A stretch of 32,000 bases of DNA from a cyanobacterium endosymbiont of Braarudosphaera bigelowii (GCF_020885515.1 NZ_AP024987.1:1140001-1172000), one strand, 5' to 3'. Counted from the first letter of the stretch, positions 1-9,251 are shown. Made by a program: numbers and translations. Notes: generated by a model from the sequence alone, not told the origin.

Positions 1-42
1 ATAACTCAATCTTTTACGAAGCAAAATTTCATTTTATTCCTG

Positions 43-825
43 ATGTCTGTTTTCTGGAAGTTAATGTTTTGGATGAAAAATGAATCATTAGCTATGAATC
101 TTAATTTTTGTGGGGAACTATCTGACATATCTTTAAGTTCAGAGAAATTGTTAAAAAAAATACCAAGGTCTATAGTTAAAGATCATAACGGAAACACAAA
201 GTTTTCCTTTTATTTTTTAATAGGCAAGATGGTTCAAAAGTGGAAAGGATATCTGCAAAAAAAAAGTTATCAATCCCTTAGAATTCAAAGTAATCAATTT
301 TCTTTAAAGTTTCTCGTATATACGACTATATATTATTTTTTAAGCCGAATCCTATCCAATAAATATTTAAGGCATAGTCTAAAACAAAAGAAGATAAAAC
401 TATATGAAACGAAAAATAATGAAAATAATTATAAGTGGTCTTCTTGGAACGAAACATCTAGTAAATTTATATCTCTAGAAAAATATCCATCACGGCCATA
501 TAGTTCTATAGTATTGTCTAATAATAATAATTCATTTCATAATTTATTTTATGATTATGAACTAGAAAAACATAAAGCAAATTATCTAGATATTAATCGA
601 GCTTCCCAAAAGCCCATAAGTAGTCATTTGATTCCTAAAATAAAGAAAGATAAACAAGAAGAATTTACAGGAAATATTACAGAAGTAGGAATAAAATCTG
701 GAGAATATATTAAACATCCTCTAATTAGAATTTTAGAGCTGCTAGATATAATTTTTTATTGGATAGAAAAGCTAATGATAAAAATATGGAAAATAGTGCT
801 CAGAATACTTAATTACAAAAAGTAA
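43..825 (+). CDS. Hypothetical protein, N/K/I-rich, no recognisable domain. The frame is also open from position 1, so the gene may start upstream of the window.
   Basis: 260-aa ORF from the track. I recognise no conserved motif. Composition is low-complexity (NNNN, KK runs, A8 and A9 tracts at 153..160 and 257..265). Codons 1..42 in the same frame contain no stop. The C-terminus has a hydrophobic/amphipathic stretch (LIRILELLDIIFYWIEKLMIKIWKIVLRIL). Confidence 0.3.
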   Translation: MSVFWKLMFWMKNESLAMNLNFCGELSDISLSSEKLLKKIPRSIVKDHNGNTKFSFYFLIGKMVQKWKGYLQKKSYQSLRIQSNQFSLKFLVYTTIYYFLSRILSNKYLRHSLKQKKIKLYETKNNENNYKWSSWNETSSKFISLEKYPSRPYSSIVLSNNNNSFHNLFYDYELEKHKANYLDINRASQKPISSHLIPKIKKDKQEEFTGNITEVGIKSGEYIKHPLIRILELLDIIFYWIEKLMIKIWKIVLRILNYKK

Positions 826-978
826 AAAAATATAATCAAAAAATAAGGTATGCTTATTATGAACATAAAGATAATGAATTGTAATCTTTATTAAATTTTA
901 TTGAATAGTATATACCTAGGTAATTAAACCCAGCTTAGAGGATGAAAGTAAAAAAGTATGCCTTATTATGGCTCTTCC

Positions 979-1037
979 CCTAACTAATAAATGTTCATAA
1001 TATTCAACATTAATATTATGAACATTTATTAGTTAGG
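979..1037. terminator. Perfect 26-bp-stem hairpin (7-nt loop) between the convergent ORF 43..825 and ycf34. Its right arm overlaps the last two codons and the stop of ycf34.
   Basis: Left arm cctaactaataaatgttcataatatt (979..1004), loop caacatt (1005..1011), right arm aatattatgaacatttattagttagg (1012..1037), an exact reverse complement. No U-run follows on either strand, so it is not a canonical intrinsic terminator. It may act in 3'-end formation or stabilisation. Confidence 0.5.
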
Positions 1038-1277
1038 AATAGGTAATCCTGGACATAAACGAATCCATTTTCCTGTTTCTTCCAGAAAACTCTTGCAGCT
1101 TACAATATCCCATTCTATTTCAATATATTCATCCTTTGGACGAATATTTACATTAATATCAGCTTGTATAGGGTTAAAAGATGGTTTATCAGTTAAATGG
1201 GATTGTTGGTGCTGTTCTTCAACTGCATGATAAGTTTGACAAACGTCAACATAATGACAGTTAACACAAATACACAT
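1029..1277 (-). CDS. ycf34: Ycf34, a small conserved cyanobacterial/plastid Cys-rich (Fe-S) protein
   Basis: 82 aa beginning MCICVNCHYVDVCQTYHAVEEQHQQSHLT. The N-terminal CxCxxC...C pattern and the YHAVE motif match the Ycf34 family as I remember it from Synechocystis and plastid genomes. Confidence 0.85.
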   Translation of the reverse strand: MCICVNCHYVDVCQTYHAVEEQHQQSHLTDKPSFNPIQADINVNIRPKDEYIEIEWDIVSCKSFLEETGKWIRLCPGLPIPN

Positions 1278-1361
1278 ACTTTTTCTCTATAATTTATACT
1301 AACTTAGCGTAAATTAAGAAGACTCGACTAACTTCTAAAATTTGCTCTTATATTGTAAAAA

Positions 1362-2618
1362 ATGAGGCAGAAAACAGTTCTAAATTTATCTCCAAATATA
1401 CTACCTTTTAAATTAGATATCTTGCCATCTACAGCTTATTTAGTAGGAGGAGCAGTAAGGAATATACTGTTAAGTTCCGAACAAGATTATATCGACTTAG
1501 ATATAATCCTACCAAATTTTGTTCCTAAAATAGCAAAAAATATTGCCCACAGTTATCATGTGAATTTTATTATTTTAGATTCGAAAAGAAGTATTATCAG
1601 AATTATTTTCAGGGAAGGAACTATTGATTTAGCAAAACAAAATGGAAACAATATAGATAAAGACTTACAGCAAAGAGATTTTACTATTAATGCAATTGCC
1701 TACAGTTTTCATAAACAGCAAATAATTGATTCTTCAGAAGGTTTAAGAGATTTACAGCTCAAAACCATTAGAATGATTAACGTTAAAAACCTTCAAGATG
1801 ATCCTCTAAGATTAATACGTGCCTATAGACAAGCTTCTCAATTAAATTTCATTATCGAGACTAAAACACGTCATGCAATTAAAAAATTGTCTTCTTGTAT
1901 TTCTCAGGTTGCTGTAGAAAGAATACAAACAGAACTAAGCTATTTATTGCAAAATTTTAATGGTAATGATTGGTTAATTGAAATGAAGAAAGATAATCTA
2001 TTACGATTTGTCTTTTCTGATTTAAACCAAAATAATTTATGCTATCTAAAACAAGTTAATCGCAAAGTTTTACTGTTAATAAATAAGTTAAAATATAATG
2101 AGCTTAAAGTTCTTTTTGGCTTTAATGATATCCGAGATATTTATAATAATACATTAGTTAAGAAAGTAAAACTTTTATGTTTATTATCTCAAAATCCTGA
2201 AATAGCTACTCGACAGCTCACATATTTGAAATATCCTAAGAATGCTATAAAGATATTACCTCTAATTTTAGAAAAGACTTTATTAATCGGAAAGGAGAAA
2301 AATCTTCAGAAAGAAATTTATTCTATTTTTTTAGAAACAGGTAAAAATTTCCCTGTTTTTGCTTTATTTTCTTTAGTCAAAAATATAAATAATGAACTTA
2401 TCTTTGAGTTGATTTATCGTTATTTAAATCCTCATGATAAACTAGCTCATCCACACTCTCTAATAACAGGCCATGATTTAATTACACATCTAAAAATTAA
2501 ACAAGGACAACAAATAGGAAAAATATTAAATTATATTCGAATCGCTTACATTGAAGAAAAAATATTTACAAAAAAAGAAGCTTTAGATCTAGCAGAAAAG
2601 ATACATAGCACAATGTAG
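1362..2618 (+). CDS. cca: tRNA nucleotidyltransferase (CCA-adding enzyme) / poly(A) polymerase family protein
   Basis: 418 aa. The N-terminal head-domain motifs are present: LVGGAVRNILL, DLDI, RDFTINA and DPLRLIRAYR. The length is typical of cyanobacterial CCA-adding enzymes. Confidence 0.8.
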   Translation: MRQKTVLNLSPNILPFKLDILPSTAYLVGGAVRNILLSSEQDYIDLDIILPNFVPKIAKNIAHSYHVNFIILDSKRSIIRIIFREGTIDLAKQNGNNIDKDLQQRDFTINAIAYSFHKQQIIDSSEGLRDLQLKTIRMINVKNLQDDPLRLIRAYRQASQLNFIIETKTRHAIKKLSSCISQVAVERIQTELSYLLQNFNGNDWLIEMKKDNLLRFVFSDLNQNNLCYLKQVNRKVLLLINKLKYNELKVLFGFNDIRDIYNNTLVKKVKLLCLLSQNPEIATRQLTYLKYPKNAIKILPLILEKTLLIGKEKNLQKEIYSIFLETGKNFPVFALFSLVKNINNELIFELIYRYLNPHDKLAHPHSLITGHDLITHLKIKQGQQIGKILNYIRIAYIEEKIFTKKEALDLAEKIHSTM

Positions 2619-2714
2619 GTTATATATAGGCTTATTTTTTGTATATATCGTAATAGTTATAATTGTATTAAGTATAAATTCATACTTTAATAGCTGATAT
2701 GTTTCTTACCATAT

Positions 2715-2760
2715 CAATTCCTGAAGAAGAATATTACGTATATCTCTTCTTCAGGAATTG
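2715..2760. repeat. Perfect 16-bp inverted repeat (14-nt loop) between cca and rimI
   Basis: caattcctgaagaaga (2715..2730), loop atattacgtatatc (2731..2744), tcttcttcaggaattg (2745..2760). No flanking U-run. It lies 97 nt after the cca stop and 40 nt before the rimI ATG. Confidence 0.6.
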
Positions 2761-2799
2761 ATAGTATTATGCGTATTACTCTTTAATAAATTTATTTTC

Positions 2800-3357
2800 A
2801 TGATGTATGCATCTCTAAAGCTCTCTATTCCTCAAAATGATAAAATTAATGAGCTTGTCTCTTTAGATAAAATTTGCCTAGGAGGCCTCTGGACAATAGA
2901 CAACTATGCAAGAGAACTACAGAGTCCGAATAGTCATTTCCTAGTTTTATCTACAAATTCAACGAATTCAATAATTGGATGTGGATGTTTTTGGAGAATT
3001 CTAGAAGAAGCACATATTACATTATTGATGATTGATCCAAAATATCAAGGTCAAGGTTTAGGCCAATTATTATTATATAGTCTCTTAAAAGACGCTGTTT
3101 CAAGTCAATTAGAACATGCGACTCTAGAAGTCCGTGCTTCTAATAGATCTGCTATTTGTTTATATGAAAAATTTGGATTTAAAATTGCTGGAAGACGCAA
3201 AGAATATTATAAAAAAACTAAAGAAGATGCTTTGATTTTTTGGAAAAGTGATTTAAATCATCCTATCTTTCAGAAAGAATTATCCTTCTGGAAGAAATTA
3301 ATTCATAGACGTTTAATAGATAATTGCTATCTTCCTCCAGATCTTATTAGCTATTAA
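2800..3357 (+). CDS. rimI: Ribosomal-protein-alanine N-acetyltransferase (GNAT family, RimI-like)
   Basis: GNAT acetyl-CoA motif QGQGLGQLLL, followed by LEVRASNRSAICLYEKFGF and RRKEYY. I place the start at the ATG ATG at 2800 rather than the track's TTG at 2758, because that TTG lies inside the right arm of the upstream hairpin and adds a non-conserved hydrophobic leader. Confidence 0.75.
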   Translation: MMYASLKLSIPQNDKINELVSLDKICLGGLWTIDNYARELQSPNSHFLVLSTNSTNSIIGCGCFWRILEEAHITLLMIDPKYQGQGLGQLLLYSLLKDAVSSQLEHATLEVRASNRSAICLYEKFGFKIAGRRKEYYKKTKEDALIFWKSDLNHPIFQKELSFWKKLIHRRLIDNCYLPPDLISY

Positions 3358-3714
3358 TTTTAAAGTTACAAACTTCTACATTTTTATTATGAAGAAGTTA
3401 TGATTTCAGTTATTAACAATCACTATATTCTTTGTTAATGATTTGTCAAAGAATATATATCAAGTCCTATAAATTGTATTAAAAATCCCTTTTGAATCAT
3501 ATGACGAAAGTTTTCTTTTCACTTAATAATAAATTGAATTTTTTGTAATATACATTACAATCGTATGACGTATACTGAGTTAATCGATTCAATTGAGCAA
3601 AAAATACGAAAGGCTAAGATATAGACTATTCATCTTAAATTATCTATGCTTATTAAATATTTTTTACAAGATAAGTTATGAAATTTAAAATTCTAAACAT
3701 TGACCCTGAAAACT

Positions 3715-3750
3715 TGTTAAGTAAATGATATATGTTAAGTAAATGATATA
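3715..3750. repeat. Perfect tandem duplication, 18 bp x 2 (tgttaagtaaatgatata)
   Basis: Read directly: 3715..3732 is identical to 3733..3750. It lies in the 524-bp spacer upstream of pdhB. Confidence 0.95.
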
Positions 3751-3881
3751 AAGTTATAACAAAAACAAATTAACCTAATTATTCATATAGTAGATTAAAT
3801 TGATGGGATAAAGAAAAAACTTAAAGCCTAGTTTCTAATGATAGTATGACAAAAATAAATCTTCAACCTTAATATAAATTT

Positions 3882-4865
3882 ATGACAGAAACACTACTAT
3901 TTAACGCGTTACGTCAAGCTGTTGATGAAGAAATGGAACGAGATGATACAGTTCTTGTTTTAGGGGAAGATGTAGGTCATTATGGAGGCTCTTATAAAGT
4001 GACAAAAGATCTTTCTCAGAAATATGGAGAACTAAGAGTTCTAGATACTCCAATAGCTGAAAATAGTTTTATGGGAATGGCTGTTGGCGCTGCCATGGCA
4101 GGATTAAAACCTATCGTAGAAGGAATGAACATGGGTTTTTTATTGCTAGCTTTCAATCAAATTTCTAATAATGCAGGAATGTTAAGATATACTTCTGGTG
4201 GTAATTTTAAAATTCCCATAGTTATTCGTGGTCCTGGAGGCGTAGGAAGGCAATTAGGAGCTGAACATTCTCAACGTTTAGAAGCTTATTTTCATGCAGT
4301 TCCAGGACTCAAAATTGTTGCCTGTTCTACTCCATACAATGCTAAGGGACTACTTAAAGCGGCTATTCGAGACGAAAATCCTGTTCTTTTTTTTGAGCAT
4401 GTTTTGCTATATAATCTTAAAGAAGAACTTCCTGATGAAGAATACATCCTTGCTTTAGACAAAGCAGAAATCGTACGTTCTGGAGAAGATATAACTATTC
4501 TTACCTATTCTCGCATGCGACACCATTGTATACAGGCATTAAAAGAAATTGAGGAAGCAGGATATTCTCCTGAAATAATTGATTTAATTTCTCTTAAACC
4601 ATTTGATCTTGAGACTATTGGAAATTCAATTAGAAAAACTCATAAAGTTCTTATTGTAGAGGAATGCATGAAAACCAGTGGTATTGCAGCAGAGCTGATT
4701 GCTTTAATTACAGAAAATTTTTTTGATGAGTTAGATGCTCCTGTCGTACGTCTATCGTCTCAAGATATTCCAACGCCTTATAACGGAATGTTAGAAAAGT
4801 TGACAATAGTACAACCTTCTCAAATTGCTTCGTCAGTAGAAAAGATAATGAAACTGCATATTTAA
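3882..4865 (+). CDS. pdhB: Pyruvate dehydrogenase E1 component, beta subunit
   Basis: 327 aa. Motifs include [41 protein letters not shown] and the C-terminal transketolase-C domain. Length and motifs are typical of cyanobacterial/plastid PdhB. Confidence 0.95.
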   Translation: MTETLLFNALRQAVDEEMERDDTVLVLGEDVGHYGGSYKVTKDLSQKYGELRVLDTPIAENSFMGMAVGAAMAGLKPIVEGMNMGFLLLAFNQISNNAGMLRYTSGGNFKIPIVIRGPGGVGRQLGAEHSQRLEAYFHAVPGLKIVACSTPYNAKGLLKAAIRDENPVLFFEHVLLYNLKEELPDEEYILALDKAEIVRSGEDITILTYSRMRHHCIQALKEIEEAGYSPEIIDLISLKPFDLETIGNSIRKTHKVLIVEECMKTSGIAAELIALITENFFDELDAPVVRLSSQDIPTPYNGMLEKLTIVQPSQIASSVEKIMKLHI

Positions 4866-4885
4866 CGTTTTATTTTAACATAACT

Positions 4886-6298
4886 ATGAAACAACAACGT
4901 TTGTTGATCGTTTTTATTGTTGCTCTCTTAACCAGTGCAATTACCTTTCTCAATGTTATGCCTTTGCAACTAGGACTAGACCTTAAAGGCGGTAGTCAAT
5001 TAACTATACAGCTTAGGCCAACCAAAGATATTCAAAATATTGTTCAAGAAGATTTAGAGGCAGCAAAAACTGTTCTTGAGAATCGAGTTAATGGTTTAGG
5101 AGTAGCTGAACCTATTGTACAAACTTTAGGAAAAGATAAAATTGTTATCCAATTACCCGGAGTTACAAATCCAGAGCAAGCAGAAAGAGTACTAGGGGGA
5201 ACGGCACAATTAGATTTCCGTGAACAACGTCAAGGCACTGAAGGTCAGTTGAGTGCAGAATTTAGAATAAGACAACAAAAGAATATAGAATTAAGTACTC
5301 TTAGACAAAAAAAGACTAATCTAGAGACAAAACAACGTATTATTGAATTAACAAAATCAATAGATGTATCTAATCAAGCAATATTAAAATTATTTGATTC
5401 TGTTGGTTTATCAGGTAAGGATCTAAAAAATGCTCGTTATGGGCCAAGCCAAGGAATTGAATGGCAAGTGATTATCGACTTTGACAATGAAGGAGAAGGG
5501 AAGTTTGCCGATTTGACAAAAAAAGTTGCCGGTACTGGACGTAGTATTGGAATCTTCTTAGACAATATATTAATCAGTGCACCCATAGTTAGTCCTCAAT
5601 TTGCCGTCACAGGAATTACTGGAGGTAGTGCAGTAATTACAGGTAATTTTACTGCAGAAAGTGCTAATGAAATGGCTGTCCAACTACGAGGAGGTTCTTT
5701 ACCTTTTCCAGTACAAGTTGTTGAAAATAGAACTGTTGGTGCAACTCTCGGGCAAGATAGCGTCCGCCGGAGCATTTATGCTACGATAGCCGGCTTAATT
5801 CTTGTTTTAATTTTTATGATAATTTATTATCGTTTATCAGGAGCCTTGGCTAACATAGCTTTGCTAATTTACGCCACTTTAACTTTAACTTGTTATTCTC
5901 TGGTTGGAGTAACATTAACTTTACCTGGCATAGCAGGATTCATTTTAAGCATTGGTATGGCAGTAGACGCTAACATTTTAGTATTTGAGAGAATTCGTGA
6001 AGAGCTGCACAATGGAAAAACACTTTATGCTGGAGTAGAATCTGGTTTTTATCGTGCATTTTCTAGCATTCTAGATAGTAATATTACTACTTTAATCGCT
6101 TGTGGAGCTCTATTCGGTTTAGGATCTGGTTTGGTTAAAGGATTTGCTCTCACTTTAGCTATTGGAATATTAATTAGCATGTTTACAGCACTAACCTGCA
6201 CTCGTACCTTGTTATTAACTGCAGTTTTAAAATTTCCTCTTGTTAGAAAAAATCCTGAAATTTTTTGTCCTAATCTTTTAACAACCTCAAAATTTTAG
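4886..6298 (+). CDS. secD: Protein translocase subunit SecD
   Basis: 470 aa with LGLDLKGGSQLTIQ, GVAEPIVQ, the periplasmic domain and a C-terminal six-TM bundle containing DANILVFERIREE. It is followed 60 nt later by secF. Confidence 0.93.
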   Translation: MKQQRLLIVFIVALLTSAITFLNVMPLQLGLDLKGGSQLTIQLRPTKDIQNIVQEDLEAAKTVLENRVNGLGVAEPIVQTLGKDKIVIQLPGVTNPEQAERVLGGTAQLDFREQRQGTEGQLSAEFRIRQQKNIELSTLRQKKTNLETKQRIIELTKSIDVSNQAILKLFDSVGLSGKDLKNARYGPSQGIEWQVIIDFDNEGEGKFADLTKKVAGTGRSIGIFLDNILISAPIVSPQFAVTGITGGSAVITGNFTAESANEMAVQLRGGSLPFPVQVVENRTVGATLGQDSVRRSIYATIAGLILVLIFMIIYYRLSGALANIALLIYATLTLTCYSLVGVTLTLPGIAGFILSIGMAVDANILVFERIREELHNGKTLYAGVESGFYRAFSSILDSNITTLIACGALFGLGSGLVKGFALTLAIGILISMFTALTCTRTLLLTAVLKFPLVRKNPEIFCPNLLTTSKF

Positions 6299-6358
6299 GG
6301 AATTTTAGCATGCAAAATTTCACAGTTTTATTCTTTAGTACTTTTAAAATAGTTAATT

Positions 6359-7294
6359 ATGAAATTAAATATAATTAAATGGAGACGAGTATGGTGGCTC
6401 ATATCTTTAACAGTAATTATAAGTAGTATTGTTGGAATTATTATTTCGTACTCTAAATTTAATGCTCCTCTAAAATTAGGATTAGATTTTGTTGGAGGTA
6501 CCAGGCTTCAATTACAACTAGAATGTGAGACTGAAAAAAAATGTACTGTACCAATTGATACAAAAATAGTCCGAGATATTCTAACTACTAGAGATCTAAA
6601 TGATAATACTATTCAAGTCTTAGAAAATAACATTCTTTCTATCCAAACTAAACCACTTGATGTCGAACAAAGAACTGAGTTACAAAAAGAATTAAATGAT
6701 AGAGTTGGAAGTTTTAATTTTGAAACAATTCAAATAGATACTGTAGGACCGACTATTGGTTTGGAACTTTTTAAATCCGGAATTTTAGCCTTGTTAGCAT
6801 CTTTTCTAGGTATAGTTTTTTATTTAAGTATTCGCTTCAAGATTGATTATGCATTTTTTGCCATCCTAGCATTGGTACACGATGTTTTAATTACAGTTGG
6901 TTTCTTCTCTTATCTAGGATTATTTGCTTCAGTAGAGGTTAATAGCCTATTTTTAGTCTCTCTCTTAACTATAATAGGATTTTCTGTAAACGATACTGTT
7001 GTGATTTACGACCGTATTAGAGAAAACATAGATCGATTTGGTGAGGAGCTTTCTTTAAGCGAAATAGTAAACAATTCTGTGAATCAGACTTTATCACGCT
7101 CAATTAATACTACTGCTACAACCTTATTACCTCTTCTAAGTCTTTTCCTTTTTGGAGGAGAAACAATAAAATTTTTTGCTCTTGCTTTAATTTTAGGTTT
7201 TTCAGTAGGTTCTTATTCTAGTATTTTTATCGCAAGCACGTTACTTGCATGGTGGCGTGAGTCTAAGGTATCAAATATTAAATTAAAAAGTTAA
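6359..7294 (+). CDS. secF: Protein translocase subunit SecF
   Basis: 311 aa with GLDFVGGTRLQL, GFSVNDTVVIYDRIREN and a multi-TM C-terminus. It sits immediately downstream of secD. Confidence 0.93.
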   Translation: MKLNIIKWRRVWWLISLTVIISSIVGIIISYSKFNAPLKLGLDFVGGTRLQLQLECETEKKCTVPIDTKIVRDILTTRDLNDNTIQVLENNILSIQTKPLDVEQRTELQKELNDRVGSFNFETIQIDTVGPTIGLELFKSGILALLASFLGIVFYLSIRFKIDYAFFAILALVHDVLITVGFFSYLGLFASVEVNSLFLVSLLTIIGFSVNDTVVIYDRIRENIDRFGEELSLSEIVNNSVNQTLSRSINTTATTLLPLLSLFLFGGETIKFFALALILGFSVGSYSSIFIASTLLAWWRESKVSNIKLKS

Positions 7295-7734
7295 GTAAAA
7301 TCTTATCGCAAAACTTTACTTTATGAATTAGCAAGGATCAAATATCAGCAAATTAATAATAGAGAAAGTATTAAAATATATTTTCTTTACTATTAATTGT
7401 AAGTATCATGAATTTTTTCCGTAAATACACTTTAATACTTTAGAATATGTTGAAATTCTCTGCTATTTGGATTAAATGAATGCTTATTTATAGCTAACTA
7501 AAATCTTGTAGCCTGTAAATAGAATAACTTTAAATATATTTTCATGACTTAAATCTAGAAATTATGTTCACAATTTAGTTTCTCTAGAGATATTTCTTCT
7601 ATAGTTGTGTACATTAAAAAAACAATAATCATATAGTCAATCAACTATGTAATTTAAAAAAAAAAAGAATCATACAATTTCTGTGGAAAAAAGTAGATTT
7701 CTAGTATATAATAAGGATCGGCTTCGCATGATAA

Positions 7735-7821
7735 GGAGAGATGGCCGAGCGGTTGAAGGCGCAGCACTGGAAATGCTGTTTAGGGGTAACTTTAACGAGG
7801 GTTCGAATCCCTCTCTCTCCG
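7735..7821 (+). tRNA. tRNA-Ser (anticodon GGA), class II with long variable arm, no encoded CCA
   Basis: Manual fold: acceptor GGAGAGA/TCTCTCC, D-arm GCCGAGCGGTTGAAGGC, anticodon stem CAGCA/TGCTG with loop CTGGAAA, variable arm TAGGG-gtaa-CTTTA (with G-U pairs), T-arm GAGGG-TTCGAAT-CCCTC, discriminator G. The gene is followed by tta rather than CCA. Confidence 0.9.
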
Positions 7822-7898
7822 TTATTAATTCTATTTTAAGAAAAGATAGTTATTAAAGCAATATAAATTTCCTTCAATTACGCTGGTACTATAGGATT

Positions 7899-8942
7899 TT
7901 ATTGATAGAGTTTCATAGTTTCAGAAATTTTTAATCGGGATTGTACTTGAAGACTCCAGGAAGATCTACGACCTTTTGCCAAGTGATTAGCAGCAGCACA
8001 AGCTATCATAGCGGCATTGTCTGTACACAAATCAAAAGGAGGACAATAAAATTTTAAATTGTGTTTTTTAGCAGCCTTTGTGAGATGATTTCTCAAACCA
8101 CTATTAGCAGCGACTCCTCCGCCAATAGCAATACGATCTATGTTATGGTCAATAGCGCATTTAATTGTTTTTTTTGTTAGTGAACGAACTATCGTTTCTT
8201 GAAAACTTGCAGCTATATCAGCAACAGGCAAAAGACTATTCTGTTCTTTCTTGAACTTTTCTACTAGCCTTAAAACAGCTGTTTTGAGACCACTAAAGCT
8301 TGAATCATAAGGATGATAACCTCCTTGAGGTAAAGATATTCTACCTTCTGGTAGATTAAATTTCTTTGGATTACCGGTAGTCGCTAACTTATCAATAATT
8401 GGGCCGCCTGGATAACCCAAGTCCAATAATCGAGCTACTTTATCAAAAGCTTCTCCAGCAGCATCATCACGAGTCTTTCCTAATTCTTCATAAAATTCAT
8501 AATCTTTTACATGAATTAAACTAGTATGACCTCCTGAAACTAGTAAGCAGAGAAAGGGGGGTTCTAAGTCAGTTTTACATAAATAATTAGCATAAATATG
8601 GCCTTCTAAATGATGAATACCTAAAAATGGTTTGTCATGTATCATAGAAAGAGTTTTTGCAGCTGTTTCCCCTATGATTAAAGCTCCAACAAGTCCTGGG
8701 GCAACTGTTGCGGCAATTCCGTCAATTTCATTCCAATTTAGCTTTGCAATCTGTAGAGATTTTTCAATACAATAGTTAATATGTAGCAAATGTTCACGAG
8801 ATGCTACTTCAGGAACAATTCCCCCATAATGACTATGAAGTTCATTTTGACTAGCAACAACATTGCTACAAATTTTTTTATCGTTAACAATAGCTACGGA
8901 AGTATCATCACAACTAGTTTCAATTGCTAATATAGTTACCAT
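7899..8942 (-). CDS. tsaD: tRNA N6-adenosine threonylcarbamoyltransferase TsaD (Gcp/Kae1 family)
   Basis: 347 aa with ILAIETSCDDTSVAIV, the HHLEGHIYA metal-binding motif, VSGGHT and GGGVAANSGLR. Confidence 0.95.
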   Translation of the reverse strand: MVTILAIETSCDDTSVAIVNDKKICSNVVASQNELHSHYGGIVPEVASREHLLHINYCIEKSLQIAKLNWNEIDGIAATVAPGLVGALIIGETAAKTLSMIHDKPFLGIHHLEGHIYANYLCKTDLEPPFLCLLVSGGHTSLIHVKDYEFYEELGKTRDDAAGEAFDKVARLLDLGYPGGPIIDKLATTGNPKKFNLPEGRISLPQGGYHPYDSSFSGLKTAVLRLVEKFKKEQNSLLPVADIAASFQETIVRSLTKKTIKCAIDHNIDRIAIGGGVAANSGLRNHLTKAAKKHNLKFYCPPFDLCTDNAAMIACAAANHLAKGRRSSWSLQVQSRLKISETMKLYQ

Positions 8943-9087
8943 AGTTATTCATATTATTTACTTTTTATATTACTTAAATAATAACTTAGAAAGTGTTAGT
9001 AGACTCTGAATATTTTTATTTTGCTTGTATAGTATTCTACATATCATTATTTTAGTAATATAAATTATATAAATAACGTAATTACTA

Positions 9088-9117
9088 TTTTATTTTCAAT
9101 ACTTTTTGAAAATAAAA
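9088..9117. other. Perfect 12-bp-stem hairpin (6-nt loop) in the divergent tsaD/hemH intergenic region
   Basis: ttttattttcaa (9088..9099), loop tacttt, ttgaaaataaaa (9106..9117). No gene ends here, so it is not explained as a terminator of an annotated gene. Confidence 0.4.
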
Positions 9118-9251
9118 CTCAGAAAAAACATAAATTTTCAAGTACTGCAGAGCTTTTAATAAATTATCAGTATGTAATGTGCAGAAAGAAGCAGAAGATA
9201 ATCAAAATATGTTGTTACACTTAGTAAAGAAAAATATCAGTTATTAAAATC

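Noticed and set aside
2758-2799. TTG start extending rimI by 14 codons (ORF-track coordinates)
   Set aside because: The TTG is the last three bases of the right arm of the 16-bp inverted repeat, and the extra residues (MIVLCVLLFNKFIF) are not GNAT-like. The ATG at 2800 gives a normal RimI N-terminus.
7656-7666. A11 tract (and a T11 tract at 18223..18233) as functional elements
   Set aside because: These are intergenic homopolymers in an AT-rich genome. They may bend DNA near the tRNA-Ser and psaK promoters, but nothing specific supports a function.
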